A stretch of DNA of 64,000 nucleotides, taken from NCBI GenBank assembly GCA_965217775.1, contig CBDCJH010000002.1, positions 4,896,001 through 4,960,000 on the forward strand. Direction: 5' to 3'. Positions within the stretch are counted from its first letter, which is position 1; each line of letters begins with the position of its first letter. Below the pieces are notes generated by a model. It searched no databases. It was not told where the DNA came from and saw nothing but the letters and a program-made list of their open reading frames with translations. Of the stretch, positions 1 to 9,286 are shown in pieces. A program made the position numbers and the translations under genes. This DNA comes from Acidobacteriota bacterium (GTDB taxonomy: Bacteria > Acidobacteriota > UBA6911 > RPQK01 > JAJDTT01).

Positions 1-734
<734 letters not shown>

Positions 735-750
735 CTACGCTTGCGTGTCT

Positions 751-1488
751 CTAACTTGGAATTAAAGAGCCATTTTCAAAGAATGGTCTGACACGTTCCA
801 GATCTTCCCGGGTATCGACGCCAATGCTGTCCTCGTCCACCGTGGCGACTCGAATCGGAATCCGGTTCTCCAGAAACCGGAGCTGTTCCAGCTTCTCGAT
901 CCTCTCCAAAGGAGAAGGGCGAAGCCGTGACAGATTCAGGAGCAAACGCCTCCGGTAGCCATAAATTCCCAAATGCTTGAAAAAAGGGGCCTTCCCCTCT
1001 CGGGCAAAGGGGATCGGGGCCCGGGAGAAATACAGGGCCCGGCCCTCCGAGTCCGAGACCACTTTCACCACATGGGGATCCAAGGCATCTTCCGGGTCCG
1101 TGATGGGGACGCAAGCCGTGGCCACCTGAACCCCCGGATCTCCGTCGAAACAGGCACAGACCTGGTCGATGGTCGTGGGCGGGAGCGTCGGCTCGTCACA
1201 CTGGAGATTGATGTAGACGTCCGCCTCGATCCCTTGGGCCACCTCCGCCACTCGCTCGGTTCCGCTCCGATGCTGGTCCGAGGTCAGGACGGCGTTGCCG
1301 TCCCAGGAACGAACGGACCGAAGAATTCTCTCGTCGTCGGTGGCAACCAGGACCTGGTTCAACCGAGTCGACTGCAGGGCGCGCAAGTAGACCCATTGGA
1401 CCAGGGTCTTTCCCCCGACTTTGAGCAACGGTTTTCCGGGAAGGCGCGTAGAAGCGTAACGGGCCGGAATGACCCCCACGAAGCGCAT
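751..1488 (-). CDS. kdsB: 3-deoxy-manno-octulosonate cytidylyltransferase
   Basis: IPARYASTRLPGKPL, SGTER, ALYFSRAPIP, HLGIYGY and EKLEQLR motifs; directly upstream of pyrG. Confidence 0.96.
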   Translation of the reverse strand: MRFVGVIPARYASTRLPGKPLLKVGGKTLVQWVYLRALQSTRLNQVLVATDDERILRSVRSWDGNAVLTSDQHRSGTERVAEVAQGIEADVYINLQCDEPTLPPTTIDQVCACFDGDPGVQVATACVPITDPEDALDPHVVKVVSDSEGRALYFSRAPIPFAREGKAPFFKHLGIYGYRRRLLLNLSRLRPSPLERIEKLEQLRFLENRIPIRVATVDEDSIGVDTREDLERVRPFFENGSLIPS

Positions 1489-1527
1489 AGGGAACGGTAT
1501 CCCAGCCGGTTTGTCCCTGGCAAGGGT

Positions 1528-1676
1528 CTATTCGGATGGATTCGAGTTGGTGTCGATAATGTGGGTTGCTGCTGACATCTTTCCGGTGAGCCTCTGGCGC
1601 AAGACCACCACCAGGCTCCGGCTGTCCTCCGGCCATTTCGCCTCCAGTGCGGGACGAGGGTGTCGAAGGGCAATCC
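1528..1676 (-). pseudogene. Diverged remnant of the 3' end of the VWA-domain gene
   Basis: 1528-1649 aligns without gaps to 2868-2989 (about 25 mismatches in 122 nt, hand count). It reads PALEAKWPEDSRSLVVVLRQRLTGKMSAATHIIDTNSNPSE* versus PSLETALPEDSRDLVVVLRQRRTGKVSAATHMIDTNPSPSQ*. An out-of-frame GLPFDT upstream matches GIPFDA. Confidence 0.85.
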
Positions 1677-1731
1677 GGGAGGATCGATTGGGTCCGGAGA
1701 CACGGCGGTCGGTCGGTCGCGATCTGATAAC

Positions 1732-2118
1732 TTATGGTTGGTGGTCAGCGACGGTTCGAGAGCCAGCCCCTGCGGGCGAAAAACGGGTGCGAAGAATATC
1801 GAACATGTCCGGCACTAGTGTGCCGATAAACATGATCGTTCCCAAGAAGAGCAGGTATTCAGGAATTGACTCTGTGTGCCCGTAGTACTTCTGCACCGCG
1901 CTCCCAGGTGTCGGCTCAACAGATACGGTCACACCCATGAGCATTGTGCTGACAGCCACAAGTCCGACTGGGACTGCTCTCAGATATATCTGATTACGCC
2001 TCAATCTCGGGTACAATATTAGCTTGTCGGCGAGATATACACCGATGGCATAGGCGATATACGGACCTGCTACGACAGCTACGAAAATAAAGGTCTCGAA
2101 GGAAATAACGGTCTCCAA
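1732..2118 (-). CDS. Hypothetical membrane protein (about 3 TM helices), lower GC than flanks
   Basis: 128-aa ORF with three hydrophobic stretches; TTG start uncertain. Confidence 0.6.
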   Translation of the reverse strand: METVISFETFIFVAVVAGPYIAYAIGVYLADKLILYPRLRRNQIYLRAVPVGLVAVSTMLMGVTVSVEPTPGSAVQKYYGHTESIPEYLLFLGTIMFIGTLVPDMFDILRTRFSPAGAGSRTVADHQP

Positions 2119-2138
2119 AAAGACACATCTTACGCGGT

Positions 2139-2555
2139 CTAAGACGACGGTTTCGCCTTTGTTTGTGTGTCTGCCTCGCTTTTCTTACGCGTGGCCGCCG
2201 GTACCTCAGGCGAGCGAATCGTGAAATTTTGTTGGTCGTCAAGTGATTTCCCCCAGTAAACCCAGCCCTTTTTGGAATCGTCTGCCAGTGCGACCTCCGC
2301 CCACGTTTGCTTTGAAGAAAACGCGTAGATCTCCAGCGTGCGTAGCAACTGATAGTCCTCCGACTTTTTTGTCTGGGCTACTTCCCAGCCTGGAAAGCCG
2401 AGCAACCAGGGAGACGGCGGGCTAAAGCGAATCGATGTGGGACGTACCGACGTCGCAACTCGCTCCGATTCCTCTGCTTCCGATTCCTGCTGTTCCTGCG
2501 ATGCGACCTGGAGTGGAACCGCCAAAATCACGAAGAAGAGAACATATTTGAACAT
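2139..2555 (-). CDS. Secreted hypothetical protein, possible SH3-like domain
   Basis: Signal peptide MFKYVLFFVILAVPLQVAS, GGAGG SD upstream, and WAEV...KKGWVY pattern typical of bacterial SH3 domains. Confidence 0.65.
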   Translation of the reverse strand: MFKYVLFFVILAVPLQVASQEQQESEAEESERVATSVRPTSIRFSPPSPWLLGFPGWEVAQTKKSEDYQLLRTLEIYAFSSKQTWAEVALADDSKKGWVYWGKSLDDQQNFTIRSPEVPAATRKKSEADTQTKAKPSS

Positions 2556-2726
2556 ATGAAGACCTCCGCACTTACGGTAGGCGGGCCAGCCGCGCGTCTC
2601 TAGCCGCTAATTTCCCGCTGCTGCGGGCACGAGAGCGTGTGCGCGGAAGCCCGGTTCGGCCTCCACGGATCAGCACCACGGAACGGCCTGTCGTCGCGAT
2701 ACCGATCCGCCTGCACCTAATTGGTG

Positions 2727-2735
2727 ATTGTACCA
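2727..2735 (-). promoter_or_regulatory. Extended -10 promoter (TGgTACAAT) for the two-gene insert
   Basis: Reverse complement of attgtacca; no clear -35. Confidence 0.4.
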
Positions 2736-2822
2736 AGTTTTCCTGCGGGGAGGTGGGGTATACGACCAGGAGCCCCCCAATTGCGGGGAAATCACCTTAA
2801 GTCATTGATAACAGGAGAGTAA

Positions 2823-2845
2823 GAAGATTCGACGGTCGAATCTTC
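2823..2845. terminator. Palindrome GAAGATTCGAC-G-GTCGAATCTTC, terminator or operator
   Basis: Perfect 11-bp inverted repeat about 20 nt downstream of the VWA gene stop; weak U tract. Confidence 0.45.
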
Positions 2846-2867
2846 AGAAAAATGGAGGAAGTCCTGT

Positions 2868-4571
2868 CTATTGGGAGGGGCTCGGGTTCGTGTCGATCAT
2901 GTGGGTCGCGGCCGATACCTTTCCGGTCCGCCGCTGGCGCAGGACCACCACCAAGTCCCGGCTGTCTTCCGGCAACGCCGTCTCCAGTGACGGACCGAAG
3001 TTCTCGAACTCCCGGAACGACACGAGTTCCTGTTCCGAGAAATCCAATTCGAGCGCCTTGACGAACAGGAAATTCTCTCCCAGGGGCTCGCCGGAAGCAT
3101 CGAAGGGAATGCCGAATATCTCCAGGGCGCAACGTTTTCGGCCGGCATCGTCGGAAAAGGTCAGTGCCTGGCTGGGGATCAGGGGCCGCACCACCCACTG
3201 TTCGCCCTGGCGGCGGACGGAGAGCCGGAACGGAAAGTCCCGATAGAGGTCGGGAAACTTGAAGGCGTTGGCCAAGTTGAACTGGGCCGCCCTCTCCGGC
3301 GCCACGCTCTCATACCCGCGGCGGTACCGGAGCTTCAGGCCCTTTCGTTTCACCTTGACCTCAATCCGGCGAAACTTGCCGTCCTCCAACTTGGCATCGG
3401 GAACGTAACCCAGAAGGTAGTACGACCGGCTGTCCAGATACGCGGTCCGGATGGGACTGCCGAGTTCGTTCTCGTTGGTGAAGAGGAGACCTCCCGTGTC
3501 CTCTGAAAGGGTGGCCAGGAACTCCTGAGTCGCCTCCATGTCTCCGATGTCAAAATAGGTGCTGTGCTGGAAGGGAAGGACCATCAGGCCGCGAGGATCG
3601 ATGCTGTAGACCGACACCTGGTTGCGATTGGCCTGATCGACGGCGGAGCGGAGACTCCTGGCGTAGATGGAGGCCATGCTGCCGATATTGAGCCTGGACA
3701 AAGTGGCCACCCGCGGCCTGCTCAGCCCACGATGCAATTGGTCCTTCCTGCGCTGGATGATCTCCGACACCCGGTGGTAGGCATTGATGGCATACCCTCT
3801 CGAGAAGTAAAGCATCCGCTTTCGCCCCGGAAGTGAGCCCAGGTATCGGGAAAGCGCCGAGATCGCCCGGCAGGACAGATCCAGGCGGGTTCTCAGGTTC
3901 GAGAGGTACTGCTGAGCCTCCGCTTGCGCGTAGTCCAGGGGCACGTCCGGGGGAACACCCACCCCGAAGCGATTGAAGATTGCATCCACCTGCTCCGCAA
4001 ACTCCTCCAGGCTGGCCGCTTCACGACGATAGGGAACCTGGGCCAAGGCCATTTCCAGCTTCTTCAGATCCCGGGTGAAGGGTTGGTCCACCCGGACCGC
4101 GGGCCGGATCGTGACCAGCATGGCCAAGTCTCCAGGATCCATCCCGGAGCGCAGAAACTCCCGGATGGCTTCCTTGCTCCGCTCCGCCGAGTTGAGGTCC
4201 ATGGTCTGGAGGTCCAACAGGAAAACGACATAGCCGCCCAGCCTCCCTTGAGGCACGCTCCCACGCCCACGGGCTGCCTGGGCCGACGGCTCCCCCGGTT
4301 CATCACGCGTAGGCTCAAACTGTTCCAGCCTGAAGAACTGGATCTTTCGGCGCTTTCCGTCCTCCAATACCTCGACTTCATCCTGACGGAGATCGGAGAC
4401 GAAGCGCCCCTTTCCATCGGTTGCTACCAGATCCACCAGCACCAATTCCGATTCGGCGCGAAATCTGGGCGGGCTGTCCTGTGGTGGCGCAGCTTCAATC
4501 CGGGCCAAGGTCCCCGGCAGCAGGGACAGGACGAGCAGGTACACGGCACTCTTCACGTAACGCAGTCTCAA
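2868..4571 (-). CDS. VWA domain-containing protein, acidobacterial VWFA-related type
   Basis: Signal peptide, FRAESELVLVDLVATDGKGRFVSDL, GRKRMLYFSRG, YSIDPRGL, LSEDTGG, YLLGY, DGKFRRIEVKV and LRYRRGY motifs. Confidence 0.9.
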   Translation of the reverse strand: MRLRYVKSAVYLLVLSLLPGTLARIEAAPPQDSPPRFRAESELVLVDLVATDGKGRFVSDLRQDEVEVLEDGKRRKIQFFRLEQFEPTRDEPGEPSAQAARGRGSVPQGRLGGYVVFLLDLQTMDLNSAERSKEAIREFLRSGMDPGDLAMLVTIRPAVRVDQPFTRDLKKLEMALAQVPYRREAASLEEFAEQVDAIFNRFGVGVPPDVPLDYAQAEAQQYLSNLRTRLDLSCRAISALSRYLGSLPGRKRMLYFSRGYAINAYHRVSEIIQRRKDQLHRGLSRPRVATLSRLNIGSMASIYARSLRSAVDQANRNQVSVYSIDPRGLMVLPFQHSTYFDIGDMEATQEFLATLSEDTGGLLFTNENELGSPIRTAYLDSRSYYLLGYVPDAKLEDGKFRRIEVKVKRKGLKLRYRRGYESVAPERAAQFNLANAFKFPDLYRDFPFRLSVRRQGEQWVVRPLIPSQALTFSDDAGRKRCALEIFGIPFDASGEPLGENFLFVKALELDFSEQELVSFREFENFGPSLETALPEDSRDLVVVLRQRRTGKVSAATHMIDTNPSPSQ

Positions 4572-5353
4572 AAGGCTAGCTTGCCATCAAGGACCATGTC
4601 CTTGAGTTTGAACTTCCGGGAGATTTTCTGGTCTGAGATCTTGGTGACGAACTCGATCCTCTTGTCTCGCAGATCGACTTTTTGGGTCAGATTTCTGGGA
4701 AACAGAAGGTGCAACGCCACCCACCGCTGTTGTTTTCGTAGCTTGGCGCCGGTAGGCATCCACCGCGCTCGGTTTCTGATCTTCAGGTACGACTGAGACT
4801 TGACGTCCTCCAGGAACCGATCTTTTTCCGTGGGCCCAAGCGGGATCGCTTGTGGTGGCAACCCCGACAAACTGACGACGACATGGTTCGGATATTTACT
4901 CATCCATTCCCCGTCGTCCGCCTTGTTTCCAGCTCGGCTCGATTCGTGTACTCGGTCCCATGCCCACTTCACAGGCGCCGCGGTTTCCCAACGGACGATC
5001 ACCGGGACAAAGGAACCGAAGTCACCACCGGTACTGTCGAGGTGCCTGGATACTGTCTGCGTCTGTACATAGACGGAAGGCCCACGGGACGTTATTCCAA
5101 CCGATCCTGGTGCGTTCGCGCGATTTCTTTCCAATTGTTCGTCCACCGGTCCGCTCGGCGCCGGTCGATGGAAGTCTTCGAGCTTGGCTCGTGAGATGTG
5201 GAACTGGTGGGACCATGGTGACTTGGTCAGGATCTTGGAGATCTGTTCCCGATTCCATTCTTGATATGGAATCTCTTCCCAGAACTTTTTGGCCGCGAGG
5301 CATGGACCAGCCATCATCAAGCCGGTCACCAAACTCAAGATCCCAGTCTTCAT
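4568..5353 (-). CDS. Secreted hypothetical protein
   Basis: Signal peptide, W..EW...ILTKSPW and a C-terminal FKLKDMVLDGKL; overlaps the VWA start by 4 nt. Confidence 0.8.
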   Translation of the reverse strand: MKTGILSLVTGLMMAGPCLAAKKFWEEIPYQEWNREQISKILTKSPWSHQFHISRAKLEDFHRPAPSGPVDEQLERNRANAPGSVGITSRGPSVYVQTQTVSRHLDSTGGDFGSFVPVIVRWETAAPVKWAWDRVHESSRAGNKADDGEWMSKYPNHVVVSLSGLPPQAIPLGPTEKDRFLEDVKSQSYLKIRNRARWMPTGAKLRKQQRWVALHLLFPRNLTQKVDLRDKRIEFVTKISDQKISRKFKLKDMVLDGKLAF

Positions 5354-5484
5354 GCTAACCGTTACACAAATACTGGACGGGCAAACCTGAGAAACGGTTC
5401 AGACAAGGCCTCGGTCCCGTTTCTCCAGAACCGGAATCCAAGCGATCCTCCAGTCCTTCCGAGGCCCAGGACAGGCTGCTCGGG

Positions 5485-6585
5485 TCAGGAATTGACCAGC
5501 CTCAATTCCCCGGGGGCAACCCTGGCCTGGCGCTGGGTGTGACGGCGCATTTCCTCGAAGTAGTGGACCGCCATCTGACCGGCGAGAAAGGTCCAGACGC
5601 CGGCCACGGAAACGCGCAAGATGTGCTTGTTTCCCGGGAACCGGCGCAGCAACCGGTCTCCCCCCTCCCGCACCAGGGCTCCGCTGGCCAGCAGCGGCAG
5701 CAGTTCCCGGGCCCGGCTCCGATTCAACGGAAAGCCGAAGGCTCTGGCAATCTTCAGGATCATGGCCGTCTGAATGGCACTGAGGGGCAACATGTCGCTG
5801 ACGGGAATGGGGACGGCGCCCACCAGGGCGGCAGAGAAGGCCGCCTGGGTCACGATGGAATTGCAGATGGTTCGACGGAACCCGGGCAGGCTTCGCGTCA
5901 GCGGATAGAGGGCCTTGGGGAGAGCCGAGACGATCGATTTCAGGAGCCGCTCAAGTCTCTCCGGCCGGACCACGGAGACCGGGAACACTGCGGTGCCCAG
6001 AACGCTTCTGGCCGAACGGACCATTCGGCTCGGCTGCTCCACAAGATCCAGCTTGCTCAAGACCACCAGCAGCGGCGTTCCGTATCCCTGGAGCCGCTCC
6101 AAGAGACGCCGCGTGGAGAGGGTGGCTTCGAAGCGGCCGTCCAGAACCAGGAGCATGAAATCAGCCTCCTGCAGATCCCGGGTCAGGTCCGACGTCCCGT
6201 ACCCGACGAACTCCTCCAGTCCCTGGATGCCGACGGAACGAAAAATGGGCCGGTCCACTTCGTCCTGATCCCGGGTCAGAGCCCGAATCAGGGTCGCCTT
6301 TCCCGATTGGGGCATCCCCACCACACTGATCTGCAACTCCTCCTCCGATTGGATCTCCCGCCACTGCCCGCGAACCACCTCCAGGACCTTCTGCATATTG
6401 TCCCCCTGGCGCGGGAGGGTGTCCATGACGGTCTTGAGGCGATACTTGATGTCATCCGGGAGGAGGAAAGCCAGTTGGTCCAGGAGGTCGAGGACCGGTT
6501 CGGGAGCCCAGCCCCGGATGCTTCGGAAAATGTCGCCTGAACTCAGAAAGGGTCCGGAAGCAGCCGATGCCGAAGACTCAGCCAT
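5485..6585 (-). CDS. Era-like GTPase domain fused to a DUF697/YcjF-like membrane domain
   Basis: G1 VVGMPQSGKAT, G4-like SKLD, and the DUF697 motif GAVPIPVSDMLPLSAIQTAMILKIARAFG. Confidence 0.8.
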   Translation of the reverse strand: MAESSASAASGPFLSSGDIFRSIRGWAPEPVLDLLDQLAFLLPDDIKYRLKTVMDTLPRQGDNMQKVLEVVRGQWREIQSEEELQISVVGMPQSGKATLIRALTRDQDEVDRPIFRSVGIQGLEEFVGYGTSDLTRDLQEADFMLLVLDGRFEATLSTRRLLERLQGYGTPLLVVLSKLDLVEQPSRMVRSARSVLGTAVFPVSVVRPERLERLLKSIVSALPKALYPLTRSLPGFRRTICNSIVTQAAFSAALVGAVPIPVSDMLPLSAIQTAMILKIARAFGFPLNRSRARELLPLLASGALVREGGDRLLRRFPGNKHILRVSVAGVWTFLAGQMAVHYFEEMRRHTQRQARVAPGELRLVNS

Positions 6586-6605
6586 GAGTCAATTGTAGCG
6601 TTTGA

Positions 6606-6857
6606 GGAACAGAGGAAAAAGAAAAGAGAAAAAGAGGAAAGAGTGAAGAGGAGGTGCTGGGGTATTTGAGAGGAGAACGGAAAACGGTCCTGTCTCGGAT
6701 ACGTGGTCCGTTTTGGCTCGATGCCATTATTCCTCCACGACTTCACCGGACCCCGGCCTGACGGGCGGATGATGAGCTTCGCACCCCGAACGTGACCCTG
6801 TTGCCACCAGAATGTCGCGAACTCACGACTCTTTCCTCTTTCCTCTTTCCTCTCCCA
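6606..6857. repeat. Element with inverted purine-rich and pyrimidine-rich heptamer arrays (copy 1)
   Basis: Left arm GAAAAGAGAAAAAGAGGAAAGAGTGAAGAG, right arm (CTTTCCT)x3; the inner left segment resembles 34930-34980. Confidence 0.65.
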
Positions 6858-6869
6858 GGTGAACGGACC

Positions 6870-9170
6870 TCACATCAGGTTCACCGGGTCCACGTCTATG
6901 GAGACCTTCTTCAGGTTGACCCCTTCCCGGGAGAGATCCTCCCGGCTCGAACGAACGATTCCCAAGGCTTCCGACCGGCGGACGGCCTTGATCAGAATCT
7001 GGAAACGGAATTCCCCCTTGATCCGCTCCAATGGAGCCGGCGCCGGCCCCAGAATACGGAGCCGCTGTGGTGCGGAGACTCGCTTTCGGTGCGCCAACAG
7101 CCTCCGGCCGAGTCGATCGGCCAAGTCCAGGGTCGAGTTTCGGTCCCGGCCCTGGACCAGGAGGCTGACCAGGGCCGAGAACGGCGGGTATTGGAAGCGG
7201 CGGCGGAACTCGATCTCCTCCTGAAAGAACAGGAGGTAGTCCTGCCGGCGGGCCGCCTTGAGACTGTAGTGGTTGGGGTAGTAGGTCTGGATGACGACGC
7301 GGCCGCCCCGTTCCCCTCGTCCGGCCCGGCCCGCGACCTGGGTCAGGAGTTGGAAGGTCCGTTCGGCGGCCCGGAAGTCGGGCAGCCTCAAGCCCTGGTC
7401 CGCACTCAGGACACCGACCAGCGTGACGCCGGGGAAATCGTGCCCCTTGGCGATCATCTGGGTGCCCACCAGAATATCGGTCAGGCGGCGGCGAAAGTCC
7501 GACAGAATCTGCTGCAGGCTTCCCTTGCGCCGAACCGTATCCCGGTCCAGACGGCCCACACGGGCTTGGGGAAACAGATCCTGAATGGCCTCCTGCACCT
7601 TCTCCGTCCCTTCCCCCAGCAGGTGGATGTACCGCTTGCCGCACTCCCGGCAGCGGGTGGGGAGAGAACGGGTGAACCCGCAATAGTGGCAAAGAAGTCG
7701 ATTCCGGTTTCGATGGTAAGTCAGGCTGATGCTGCAGTTCCGGCAGTTCTCGGTGTTCCCGCAGCTCCTGCAGAGCAGAGCCGAGGAGTAGCCCCGGCGA
7801 TTCAGCAACAGCAGCGCCTGGTCGTTGCAGTCGAGGCTCTCCTGGAGCGAACATCTCAGCAGGTCCGAGAGGATCAGCGCCTTGCCGTGCTTTTGAAACT
7901 CCAGCTTCATGTCCACGACCTGGACCTGGGGCAGGGATCGGTCCAGGACCCTGCGAGGGAGGACCTCGGGCCGGGGACGTCCCCGGTCCCGGGAACCGTG
8001 GTAGATCTCCAACTGCGGCGTGGCGCTGCCCAGCACCACCAGGGCCTGCTCCAGTTGCCCGCGCTTCAGCGCCGTGTCCCGGGCGTGATATCTCGGCATT
8101 TCCCCCTGCTTGTAGGAAGCGTCGTGCTCCTCGTCGACGATGGCGATTCTGAGATCGGGCACGGGAGCGAAGACCGAAGACCGGGTGCCGATCACGACCC
8201 GGGCCTTTCCCTCCCGAATCCGCAACCACTGGTCGAATCTCTCACCGTCCGAGAGGCCGCTGTGGAGAATGGCCACCTCCGAACCGAACCAGCCCCGGAA
8301 CTGGTTCGAGATCTGGGGGGTCAGTCCGATTTCGGGCACCAGCATCAAGGCGCTTCCGCCGGATCGAACCGCCTGGGAAATGGCGTTGAGATAGACCTCC
8401 GTCTTTCCGCTTCCCGTAATCCCATGGATGAGCATGCTGTGAAAGCCGCGGCTGGTCAGCCGCCTTCGGATCTCTTCCAGGACCCTGCTCTGATCCGGAT
8501 TCAACGAGTGACGCGTGACCGGCGGGGGCGGGTCCGAATCAAGCCACGGAGAGCGGTAGACGCGCTCCGGTTTCAGCACCAGGGCGCCCCGAGCCGCCAG
8601 CGCTTTCAGCGTGCGGTGGGTGGAGCCGGCCTCCCGCACGAATCGGGATACCGGTAGCGGGAGCTTTCGGGCGGCCAGCAGAGCCAGAAGCTCCCGTTGC
8701 CGCGGCGTCAGATCGGGTCCACGGGAGGGGTCGGTGCTCCAGATCGACATCCTGGTTTTGACCGGCCACGCCCGGGAGACCGACGAGGCAGGTTTCGACA
8801 GCAGGCCCGGGGGAAGCATGCTTTGCAGCACCTCGCCCAGGGGGGAGAAATAGTAGCGCGCCACCCATTGGCCGAGACTCAACAACTGGGGAGAAAGGAT
8901 GGGGTCCGGATCCAGAACCCGTTCCAGATCCTTCAGCTCCAGATCCTTCAGTTCCAGGTCGGTGACCGGCGGCGGACCGGCGACGACGATTCCGACCAGC
9001 TTCCGGCGGCCGAAGGGGACCAGGACCCGGGTGCCGGCGGCCGGCAGCGTCTCCATCCGATCGGGGACCCGGTAGGTGAACTCCTGGAAGAGAGGGAGGG
9101 GCACCGCAACCTGGACGTTCCGGTCCCGCTCGGGGTCTCGGCCGGACGGGATGGGGAGGTTGGCGGACAT
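6870..9170 (-). CDS. priA: Primosomal protein N' (replication restart helicase)
   Basis: GITGSGKTEVY, DEEHD, four CxxC zinc motifs, GTQMIAKGHDF, QVAGRAGR. Confidence 0.97.
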   Translation of the reverse strand: MSANLPIPSGRDPERDRNVQVAVPLPLFQEFTYRVPDRMETLPAAGTRVLVPFGRRKLVGIVVAGPPPVTDLELKDLELKDLERVLDPDPILSPQLLSLGQWVARYYFSPLGEVLQSMLPPGLLSKPASSVSRAWPVKTRMSIWSTDPSRGPDLTPRQRELLALLAARKLPLPVSRFVREAGSTHRTLKALAARGALVLKPERVYRSPWLDSDPPPPVTRHSLNPDQSRVLEEIRRRLTSRGFHSMLIHGITGSGKTEVYLNAISQAVRSGGSALMLVPEIGLTPQISNQFRGWFGSEVAILHSGLSDGERFDQWLRIREGKARVVIGTRSSVFAPVPDLRIAIVDEEHDASYKQGEMPRYHARDTALKRGQLEQALVVLGSATPQLEIYHGSRDRGRPRPEVLPRRVLDRSLPQVQVVDMKLEFQKHGKALILSDLLRCSLQESLDCNDQALLLLNRRGYSSALLCRSCGNTENCRNCSISLTYHRNRNRLLCHYCGFTRSLPTRCRECGKRYIHLLGEGTEKVQEAIQDLFPQARVGRLDRDTVRRKGSLQQILSDFRRRLTDILVGTQMIAKGHDFPGVTLVGVLSADQGLRLPDFRAAERTFQLLTQVAGRAGRGERGGRVVIQTYYPNHYSLKAARRQDYLLFFQEEIEFRRRFQYPPFSALVSLLVQGRDRNSTLDLADRLGRRLLAHRKRVSAPQRLRILGPAPAPLERIKGEFRFQILIKAVRRSEALGIVRSSREDLSREGVNLKKVSIDVDPVNLM

Positions 9171-9286
9171 GAGACACTCGGGCTAGGAGCAGAAATGATC
9201 CTACCGCGCAGACTCCTAGTGCGAAAAGTCCAGTCAGTGCCGGCCTTGATCCGACCCAGACCGATCCCGGGCGTGAATCAAGCAGA

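Noticed and set aside
1700-2720. Possible integron cassette array around the two low-GC genes
   Set aside because: No convincing RYYYAAC...GTTRRRY attC pairs and no integrase in the window.
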